A stretch of 63,552 nucleotides of DNA, the filler included, from Collodictyon triciliatum (Eukaryota), in the NCBI GenBank assembly GCA_043381765.1. It is 3 parts of 3 records of this genome, joined end to end, with 100 filler letters (N's around TTAATTAATTAA, not from the genome) between each part and the next. Parts side by side here need not be neighbours in the genome. Positions count along the whole stretch, not along the records: positions 35,784 to 63,552 come from JBHJMP010000058.1; 2 more parts are not named here. One strand, given 5' to 3'. The translations under genes were made by a program, and so were the position numbers. Below the pieces are notes generated by a model. It ran no database searches and had not been told where the DNA came from. It saw only the letters and a program-made list of their open reading frames with translations. Every line of letters begins with the position of its first letter. Position 1 is the first letter of the stretch. Shown in pieces: positions 52,831-63,552 of this stretch.

Positions 52831-55800
52831 ATGGAAGCTCATCTTGTCACAAAGCCAATTCCCAAGGACGATACGGATGTTTACTTTTTGGTGGCACATT
52901 TTCTTTGTAATGGTCCATTCGATTCGATCGGTAGACAGCTTATCGAAATGTTGGACCGATACAAGGCCATCCCACACCGAATCGATTGGAGAACTGGCAG
53001 GAAAATCAAAGAGACCTTTTCCAGCTTTGTTTGTAATCTGATTCGCTTTTTCTAATAATATATACATGTCTAGTTTCTAAAAAATTTTATTTGCTAAAAT
53101 ATCACTCGTATTTTTCTCTCGTTTTTTTTTTGTTCAGTCAAAGCTTCACCCAGAAATTAATCATCGGACTCTCCCTCTTCTTCTGGAGTACATGTCACAT
53201 TCCTCTGCATCGAATGCGTGTGTAAAATCTGACGTGACATCCAAACCTGTACCGCAGAATGGAATTCTATGGCACGCAGACCAAGCGTCATTGACTTCAA
53301 GTGCAGCGTCATTTCACAAACCAGAAGAGCCAGCTACCCAGCACGAACGAATTCCTTTACTCAACATTGCTTCCATGGCCCAGAGGATTCTAAAACCCAC
53401 AAAATATCTGCTATCCGTCCCGCAAAAGAGACCCGTGAGAAATATTTGTAAGGATTTTTTTTATTATTATTTTTGTGAATTAGCAATCTTTCGAACGATT
53501 ATATGGTTATTAAAGACAATACACGTCAAGCCAACTTAACTCGTTAGAAACTCAATAAAGTGAAAAATTATGAAATAGTCGTACTCTTTTATGTGAGGGA
53601 TTGTATGCCAACAAGATGAATGTAACATATGAAATATTTTAGTTCTCCGGCAAATGCGTCAAAACCTTGGCCTTTCGTTGTTATTAGAGGAGCATCCAAA
53701 GTATTTTGTATACAAATACATCCGACAGGTATTCACATTATGTAACTTTATCAAACGGTATTTACTACCATTGTGAGAATGGAGTTTTCCTCCAAGAATC
53801 CCAAGTACTACAATATTTGAGATGGTATCAATATTCAATATGATTCATATATTCACTAATAGTTAAAAAAGCTGTGTGGTCACGTTTTACCTGTTTATTG
53901 CTCAATATTTGACAGATCAGGGAATATATTTTTCACAGTACGTCTTCTATTGTAAATGGGATTTAACAACGTGTCCATTTTGATTTGATTTTATACTATA
54001 CCTACCAGAAAGATCTAAACTGAGAAAATATTCCGCAAGGAATTTACTAGAGAAGAGTTTCCAAAAATTAGCTACATTTTTACAGATAATTCACTAAAAT
54101 ATTTTTTTGCAGGGCGCAGATGATCAGATAATCAAATCTTGGTCTACCAGGAGTGGTTCGTTAATCAGATCGTTTCGAGGCATCAAAGTCTGATTTACAT
54201 GATTCTTATGTCAATTTAATTGTGCCAATAAATTCAATTAATTCTTTACCGATGAATATATAATTATGACTATCAATTACATTTTTTTTTAAAAAAAGAA
54301 CAACAAAGCCCCTGGAATTTGAAGATTTTAGTTTATCAATATATCAAGAGTAACTTTTGGATTTGTAATTATATGAAAAGGGTGAAATCACAATTCTATG
54401 TGTAAATTCTTCAAACACACTACTGGCCACGGGTTCGGTTAGTGGTCAGGTTCGAATATGGAGGATTCGTGATGGAGTGCCAATATCCGTTTTCTACTGC
54501 CATAACGGACAAGTGCTTCTTACGTTTTTTTTTTTAAAATTTTTTAAAACGATATGATTATTGATGCTTAAGATAACTCGGGATACACATTTTTCGTATT
54601 CTAATTGTTATTATTATTATTATTATTATTTTTTTTTAAAAAAAAGGTATCGTTCCTAGCTTTCTCCCCTTTGGATGAAAATATTTTAATTTCGTCAGCT
54701 TGGGATGGATATGTATACTGTTACTCAATCGACCAGGACGGATTGTCTGAAAACGGAACCTTCGAAGTAATTCTAACCATTCAATAGTGTTAGGATGCTA
54801 AATCTTAGTACTCTTTTCACGTTCATTTTTCCTTCTTTTTTTTTTTTATCTTCCCTTTTGTCCAAAGTATCATAATTTTTATCTACACCTTCTAAATCAT
54901 AGTATGGAGTCTTGATTGATGTCCCTCGAGTCGGCGGCCGTGTCGTTAAGGTCAGGGCTAGGCTAAGATTTCCAACGATATTATATTTTTCTTTTGTCTC
55001 TATAAAATGGCGGACAGAATGAAAAGAAAAGAAAAGAAAAGAAAAGAAAAGAAAAGAAAAGAAAAGAAAAGAAAAGAAAAGAAAAGAAAAGAAAAGAAAA
55101 GAAAAGAAAAGAAAAGAAAAGAAGTCTATTTCTTGATTACATACAATTCGGTGATGTGATTGTTATTGAATTAATTTGTTTACTGTTTATTCTGACTGTT
55201 GTTTACAACCTTAGATTGAATCCGCAGCTATATCACAATGTGGGCTCCATGTCATCGCGGGTGGTTCAGACGGCGCCGTTTATGTCAGATCTCGCAAATC
55301 GATGGAATCTGTGTGGGAAAATATGTTCTCGATTCAATGCCACAATTCCGTCATTAAGCACATATTTTTCGAGCGGTTTGGAGCAAGATTTCTCACTGGG
55401 TAACTCATTACCCGATTGAATTTTATCTACCATAACATTACAATTTAAAACGGAGCTCTGTTCCATTTCCCCCACAAAATCATTGTTGATACATATGATT
55501 GCGTAAAATAATAATGTTTCATTTATTTGGACAAAAGGTCTGGCGATGGGACAGTGCGTGTGTGGGATTTGAGTGAGCCAGGAAGAGGAACTCAAATTGG
55601 AACATGTGAATTTATACCCATATGCATATCCAGACTGTAGTAAATGAAACATTAATAATAATGCACACAAGAAAAATAACAAATAGCATTATCACAAAAA
55701 AAAATACTCTGTAGTGGAGATAAAAACTACTGGAACGAAAAAAACAATCGATTCTGTTTGTTGGTCTCTTAGCGGAGAGTTTATCATATGCTCAACAGCA

Positions 55801-58800
55801 ACGGTTATTCAGGTTTCTATCATCATATTAACACAATATTTTCGAGGGATTTGTAGAAATTCATCCTTAACATTACCACTTTATTTTTTATCTTTATATC
55901 ATTTTATCTTAATGTATGCGCAGTTTACGCATTTATATATTTCTCTCTTCATAAATTACACACTGACACCAATAATCACTCAGATTTGGGATGTTTACTC
56001 CAGCAAAAAAATTCATCAGCTCTCTGGCCATACACAACCTGTGCATGTGATTCAGCCGGTGCCTAGTGACCAGAATACCATCGTGACAGCTGGATATGAC
56101 GGCAAAATCATTTTCTGGGATTTGCGCTCCGGCTCATCTATCAGGGGTTTGCTTCCCATGAGTTAAACAAATGTGCTTTCAATACATATTGCATTATTCC
56201 ACAATTTCTGAGTTACTACAACTCCTCCCGTATTTGAAAGGGAAAGTGTACCAGCTCCATGATAATTCTTCATCCATTATCAAACCTAAATATCTTTCAC
56301 GCTTCCTTTCAACACGATTTCTAGTGATTTCGACTGGTGACTTCGAGATTCTTGAATTGTCCTTCTCAGCTGATGGTATCTATTTTTTCTTTAATAATCT
56401 TCTCAAAACTGTATTGGAAGCTTCTTATTTAATTTACTTTCGATTGCTCTCCCATTCAAATGGATTAATATTGATTCTACAGGGAACTTTTTTCTCGTCG
56501 GAGATAAAGGAGGATACACAACCTTATATGGGACAGGAGTGTCTGACCGCTACAATCACGTTCCTTGTGAACAGTTCCTTGAATCAGATTACGCTCCTTT
56601 GGTTTGGGATGCAAGGGGTTGGGTTCACGACCAACGCACTCAGGTTAACTTAAACAAATACCTCGGTCTGATTTGTAATGAAATTTGTTGACTGTACAAG
56701 CAAAACTCATCCTGCAATCTTCAAAGCTCCCCCCTCATCTCGTTCCCCAAGGAGAATTGCGTGACCGCACTGGACAACCTTATGGGGGAACAATTTACAA
56801 TCCTGGATATTTAGAGGAAACTATAGAGTCTTTGCAACAGTACTACTCACACTAATTTTCCTGTCTTTACTAATAGCCTGTGGTGTACTTTTTTTTTTCA
56901 TATGTGAAATGAAATAATTCCCTATATGCTTTTCATACACTCATTTGCTTATTATACACACAGAATTCAAGAGATGAACCAAGTAGCACAGCCAGAACCT
57001 CAACTGCCGGTAATATGACATTTAAAATATACGAACTCTGTTCTACGATATCTAATCTTCCTTTGATGCACGAGTTGTTGCTTAAACATCTCATAATTCA
57101 ATATGACCAAGAAATTTATCATGCTTAGTTTCAATTAAAACCCCTATTTTTGTACTTGATAATTTATACAAACGCAAATCATCCCTTTTCTTCTCACATA
57201 GACCCCTCCAGCACAATCGGATACATCGAGTGATGAAAGGTCTTTTTCTTGTCTTTTGTAATTTAGGATGATTGTTTAAGGATTATTTTGAGCATAACCA
57301 TGGTTATAATTATTACTACTATTATTACACCTATGAAATAAAAATAAAAATAATAAAATAAGTTAATTAATATGCAATTTCGCCTTGCATGGATATGTTG
57401 ACGCATGTAGCCCCACATTCAGCGACTCCTCAAGCGAGGATGATAACTACCATCAATCCGGTGACATAAAACCTGCAAGTATGGATTACACCATAAATAC
57501 TCATACTTTATTCACTCTGTAGCCAGAGAGAGAATATTTACGAGAGGTCATCTGAAATGTAATTATTCAATAATCTAATTGTTGGACGGATATATAGGAC
57601 GAGTCCGAACACGTCTATTTCGACAAAGGCGCATTCAGAATAATTCCCAGACAGATGACCTTTCCGAAGGAAGTGACATGTCGAATCAGAAACACAATCC
57701 AGTAGATTTGGACGAAGATGAAGAGGCTGCATCTGACTCCCAGGAACACAGCAACGATGAACATGATGATGAATCTCAATCATACGAAAATGATTATATT
57801 CATATGGAGGATAGCCATATACGGACCGGATATAAGCGAAATTCAGATTCAGAGGATGATTACCACAACCGAAACGAACAGAGTCATGTTGTTGGACAAA
57901 GCAAACATTCTGGGAGGCTCATTGTGAGGCCGAGTAGATACGACTCTGACGAAGTGGATATTCACTTGGAAGACAATCCTGTAGACCTTGAAAGAAATAT
58001 GCGCGTCAGTTCCAGAAAAGCAACAAGTCGGCGACAAACCCACATCAGTCCACAGTCAGGTTCTTCTTTTTATTCATTCCATTTCGCTCTATTGAAATGA
58101 AAAAAGTGTGTCCGACTATATTATTCGATTACATTGTTCCCAGAGTTGCTCAGTTTTGCGTCTGATTTTTTTCAGACTCCTCTTATTGAGTCATATTCAT
58201 GATTTATCGCAGCATCAACCAAGAAATCAGGGCGCAAAGAAAGGAAAAGCTCGCACCAACAAAGTAATTCAAGCACACCAGAGGATGTAAAATCAAAGAG
58301 GAGCGCATCAGTGCATTCGAATGACCGGGAACTGCGCAACCGTTCGGGAAGTGAGCGATTCTACCAAAGCGTTATTTATTTATTATAATCATGTGGTTTT
58401 TGTTGTAATTGTTGCTTTGATTTTCTATGTATCGGTTGACTTCACTGTCGCGGTATTCTCTCTTCAAGTATTTGTTGGTCATTATGCTCTGATATTATGT
58501 AAATGGAGGAAATTTCATGCTTGGTAACCGGAAAACACACACATACACAGGCAAACCAACAAAACCAAATAAAGCGTCACCAGTCAGCAGGAGTAGTAAT
58601 CCTACTCGAGACATCTTGAATATTTCTGATGAGTCCTCCAACAAACGCATTATTGTGAACCCTTCAGCATGGCTCACTTCAGACTCAAATACCTATTGGA
58701 CAGATTATATACCTCAAGTAAATATAAGATACTAATTACTTGCTTTCCTTCATTTTTAAATGATTGTGCAGATTTACAGTTAAAAATATCAATTTCTTCT

Positions 58801-61611
58801 TTTCCTTCATATTATAGACTATCATCATTATGCGATACTTTTTAAAACTAAATCTTGCTAATGCCTTTTCTTATTCATTTAGCAATTTTATACATTTAAC
58901 GAATTTTTTTAATACATTTGGGTTTACTTTTTTTTTTTTTAACTACTAGTTGGGTGACCGTGTTTATTACCTCCTCTCTGGACATAAATCATTCGTTGAG
59001 AACAACAAGGATATAATACCTCGAAAAACGGTGTATCCGTGGGAGCATCCTCTAAACTTTAGGCTTCCCCACTATCGTTGCTATGTTGCAAGTATCGTTC
59101 GATTTACCAAAAAAAAGAAAAAAAAGAAAAGAGAATACATAAATAAATTAAATAAAAAACTATTTGTGACTTATTTAAATTAACTTTAAAATTCACCTAT
59201 TATAATCTAAACTAAATTAATTTCTATAGATATTGAATATCTGATCGGATGGAAGAGTAGCCGAAACTACATACGCTCAAATATTGTTGAAATAACATTG
59301 CAATCACTGGATGACTATAGAATCTCGTTCACTGTCGACTACATAGATTCATCAGACCCTTGTAAGACGAATCAGTACTGACCATACACATTTATTATAT
59401 TGTTAAAACAACTTTAATGAACTATTACTTGGCTTACTCCAACACTCAAAACTAACTATATTATGCACAGCCTTCATCGTATTGGAAAAAAGATTTAATG
59501 ACTCTACCGAAATTGATTGGGTCAAAGGAATGCAAGTTTCCGCTTTCTATAGAGAAGCCGGGAATGGCACCTGGTATACCGGGAAAATCAGATCGTAATA
59601 AATTACAATCAATTTCTTTCTTTTCCATTAATTTGATTAGCTTTTATTTGGATCAACAAAGGAAGGATGCATATAAATTCTCCCACGTTGCATTTTGAAA
59701 ATACTGCAATTTATTTTTATTAATTGTAGATGCCACAATAAAAAATGATTTAGAATATTTGTATCTTATAATGGAAACTTGACAGAATTAAAAGAGACAC
59801 TGGACGCGATTACTGGCAAGTTTTACGCATTCAATGGTACTTTTACTTCTTTTTTCTTTCCTCAAAAGCAATACAGAATCATTTTGTAAAAAATTGAATA
59901 AAGGGGGGAAAAATCGTCTTTTCGTTAAGCATTAAATTGGAGTTTAAATGTTGCATGCTGTTCTGAATTTCCTCTTTCATTATCATCGAAGGGACGCCAC
60001 GTCCGAAGATACAATGAGCCCTTGGGAGCTGCTGTCAGGTGAAGTTAGAAGGTTCCCCCCACCGCATGATTACCTTTCAGACAGAGGTAAAATTTCACAA
60101 TGCCCATTACATGCTGAGTCAACGATATCGTTTATGCATATTTTTCTCTCTCTTCATCACGTCCATTTACATTCATCAGCGAATACCATTAATATCCAAT
60201 TTGTGACGCGTAAAATGATATGCAGAATGTAATTGAATAAGATATCTATTTGCATGTGCTTATGAAATAGGTGACATTATTCTAAGCACATTTCTCTTAT
60301 TTGTGGGCAACTGTATAGATGTTGAAATCTACCTAGAGGCCATTGAAATGCTTCGTCGGGACCCAGTTTCCATTCATTTCTTTGAGCCGGTTGATGTGAA
60401 AAGATACACAGATTATGCAAAGATGTTTCCTTATCGCCTTGACCTAGAAATCGTCCGAAAGAGATTGATGCGCCATTTCTATCGTTCCGAAATGGTAACT
60501 TACTTTCCCTTTGATGGTTTCTTCCTTATTATGCGCATGTTTCTTAAAAACACATCAAAACAAATCAGCAAACTATGACCAAATTTATGTAAACAAAAAG
60601 AAGCAAAATCAACCATTCGATGAGCATTTTCTCGATGTGTACAATAGCCTCGCATACTCTTGCAGTGGATTCCAAACTCTTTTTTTTTTTTTAATGTATT
60701 GTTTGTAGAGCCTTTTATGTTAACAGAACACTAAATACTTCTAATGATTTAGTCCATCATCCATGACTTCAAAATGATTGCAAGAAATTCTGTAGAGTTT
60801 AATGTAAAAGACACAGACATATACAACTTCGGCGATAGTTTGGTAAAGAGAGTACAGGACTTTGTGAAATCAGGTGACTTGGTTAGCCACAAAGCTCGTA
60901 TGTATCAAAGTGTTTTATTGAAAATAAAAATTCTGTCTGAATGCTTAGATGAAATATTTGAATTTTTTCATACTTTTTTCATTTCCTTCCCTTTTTTGTT
61001 TTATTCTCGGTGAATATATATTTTCATTTATTTATTCATTTCTTAAGGAAAAAAAAAGGGCGCATATTCAAGTCTCTAGAAGTATATTTACCTCGTTTCT
61101 ATTAACAGGGGGTAGAATCACACCTGATTTACAAAGTCCTGGAGTTTCGAACTTTACAAGAAAGCGACTGAGATGGGTTTCTACTGCAGCCGAACCAAAA
61201 CCATCTTCGGAACAAAAGTCTTCCCCACCAAACAAACAGCTCAAACAAACAACCTCAAACGAGCCACCGCAGAAGAGTATAACAGCGCACGAAAATTTGT
61301 TGTTTGCAAACCCACCTCCGCAAATCACAAATACTGATGACAACCAATCCAGACGAAGCATGAGACTTCGACTTCCATTGCAGTCCGAAACAAAAGACTA
61401 CAATATTGGCTCGTCGTTGTATCCTTTATCTCCTGCACAGGTTCAGCGAAGTCCGTTCGCTGTTCCATCACGGGATTCATCACAAGGTCAAACACAAAGC
61501 ACCGCCTCGAGCGAAGGCAATGATGGCCCTGCATCGAGAATTCGGCGGGTTAGGTCGCCTCCGCGGCTTCATACTGTCAAGAGAGCCCAGAATCACTCTC
61601 CGCCAGAGTGA
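52831..61611 (+). CDS. BRWD1: Bromodomain and WD-repeat protein (BRWD1/BRWD3/PHIP family)
   Basis: DVYFLVAHFLCNGPF..IPHRIDWRTG, LCGHVLPVYCSIFDRSG..TGADDQIIKSW, GHTQPVHVI..TAGYDGKIIFWD, EQFLESDYAPL, YIPQLGDRVYY and MSPWEL. Bromodomain FFEPVDVKRYTDYAKMFPYRLDLEIVRKRLMRHFYRS..MIARNSVEFN. Confidence 0.92.
55021..55123. repeat. (GAAAA)n intronic microsatellite
   Basis: Visible directly. Confidence 0.95.
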
Positions 61612-62059
61612 AGAGCTAACAAATGAGCAGACTTCTAGCCTTTCCCTTTTATTCTTTGTCATAAAGACACACCATCATTATGAATGAAACACATAGCGAA
61701 TGGAAAAGAGTAGCTCTTTTATATGCTACATGTTTGCTGTGATTAATTATTTGAATTATGTACGATTACAGATGGGTATTGTATTCTCCCCTTTTTCTTT
61801 TCTTTTCTTTTCACACGATTTGTAGTCTTTGGATTGATTTAATTTATTGGGCGAGGTTTCAGCAATTAAGTGAATCATAGTCCCAAAGGTATATTTAGGT
61901 TTTAATTCTGGTAGTGGTGACTCTCATGAATCGGTGGTTTCGATGTATTTGCGAAGTTCTTGAAGCTAAATATTCGGCGATTGAGATGAAATGACTGCGT
62001 ATGTTAACACTAGAATCGCAAAGTCATAGCCTTGCAAAGTAAAGGTTGATTCATTCGCG

Positions 62060-62159
62060 GTTTGTTTGTTTGTTTGTTTGTTTGTTTGTTTGTTTGTTTG
62101 TTTGTTTGTTTGTTTGTTTGTTTGTTTGTTTGTTTGTTTGTTTGTTTGTTTGTTTGTTT
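62060..62159. repeat. (GTTT)n microsatellite
   Basis: Visible directly. Confidence 0.95.
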
Positions 62160-63508
62160 CAAAATACTTCCAAATCTACCTCTGATGTCACACTTGTCAG
62201 ATACTTAAGCATCGAAATCAGAATATCTGTGAGTATTTAGTGAAATATGTAAATATGTGTGTTAAGGTTAATCATGCGGTAATCATGGCTTCTGAAATAG
62301 AAGAAAAAATAATGGCGCATATCTTTTTTTAAAAAAAAATACCTGACGATGGATTTTTCTGGATAATCTTCTGCTCCAAAATCTAGAAAAAAATTATGGT
62401 TTTCATATGGATATCCTTTATGAAGTATTTTATTTAAAATAAAAATATATGAACAAACTCTCATAGCAGGCGATAATTTGTTAAGGACGCAGTTTTCTTG
62501 CAAAACAGGTTTGGATGTATAACGAAAATTAGCACACAGTCCTCTTGTCAGTGAATGTATCTAGTAAAGTTAATAAAAGCCGATATTTATCTGGTCTGAA
62601 ATGAACTTGCTCTTTTGTTAACTTTTTTTTCAATCCCTTCTCAATAAAAAAAACAAACAAACAAACACTAAATAGACACTGATAAATAGAAAATAAACGG
62701 AAATCTTCCTTAGAATGTGAGGGGAAAAAAGCATCTTTGTGGTCGATAACAGATAGTCTCATATGGTGTTGTATCAAGATGACCTCATACTTGGTCTAAA
62801 AGAACATCTGTATCCTTCGTCTACCAGGTAAAGATTCATGTAGGAAACTTTGAGTATTTTCGTAGACATGGCACAATCTAAACTGGGCGAATTGTTTGCT
62901 GATTCTTACCTTGCTCTGGTCACCCAAACTCTTGGGATAATATGAGTCTGCAAACGCAACAAGAATCTGTCGAATCTTTAACGAATTGCAATTACTTTAA
63001 ACATGAATTTGTATTACATCCACAAAGTCAAACGAAAAAGAAAAAAGAAAAAAGAAAAAAGAAAAAAAAGAAAAGAAAAAGAAAAAGAGAAGAAAAGGAA
63101 AAAGAAAAGAAAAGGAAAAAGAAAAGAAAAGGAAAAAGAAAAGAAAAGGAAAAAGAAAAAGGAAAAAGGAAAAAGAAAAAAGAAAAGAAAAGAAAAAGAA
63201 AAGAAAAAGAAAAGAAAAAGAAAAAAGAAAAGAAAATATTAGTAAAAAAACCAAACAAAACAAAAGAAAACAAAAGAATAAGAAAATGCAAGATAGGAAA
63301 CCTGGAAATCTGTCGATCACGGCAGCAGCTCCATAAAGGCGATCTGCAGAGGCGATCCAGACAAGTTCCATACCCACCTAACCCCATACCACAAGTTCAT
63401 GACCTGTCAGATCCGAGGCCGCCTGCCAAACCAAAGCCTCTTCTTTCCTTTGTATGTCAAAGGTTTCACGTACCCAAAGCTCTCGTTTGGCCTCCAAAAA
63501 AACATGTA

Positions 63509-63541
<33 letters not shown>

Positions 63542-63552
63542 AAGAAAAAAAA

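Noticed and set aside
62160-63510. Minus-strand exon-like segments, one frame with an in-frame TGA (selenoprotein idea)
   Set aside because: Frames and phases could not be reconciled, and there was no recognisable homology or SECIS element.

Overview
Eukaryotic, AT-rich, intron-dense genomic scaffold from what looks like a flagellated protist: it carries RSPH9, a dynein-type microtubule-binding domain and a TSET coat subunit. Genes are tightly packed, many introns contain microsatellites, and there are several N gaps. Gene models were reconstructed by hand from GT-AG junctions, and family assignments rest on motifs recognised from memory, not on database searches. Conserved genes: TTRAY2/TWD40-2-like (+), MARCH6/Doa10 (+), a membrane-anchored class I cyclic-nucleotide phosphodiesterase (+), RSPH9 (-) and BRWD1/PHIP-like (+). 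Unusual genes: (1) a small gene ending in a stand-alone dynein stalk-tip MTBD, preceded by KHVEA repeats; (2) a three-exon chimera of 2x CCCH zinc finger, RS tract, ubiquitin-like domain and a GC-rich, possibly foreign alpha/beta domain; (3) two paralogous cytosolic LRR-pseudokinase-SAM genes with the same exon structure; (4) a DUF4062-like/NACHT-type STAND-TPR gene with one phase-2, 126-nt exon per TPR repeat; (5) a disrupted ADP-ribosylarginine hydrolase copy. The contig at 10710-11605 appears misplaced and probably belongs in the 28166-28918 gap. No rRNA, tRNA, CRISPR array or transposase was recognised.
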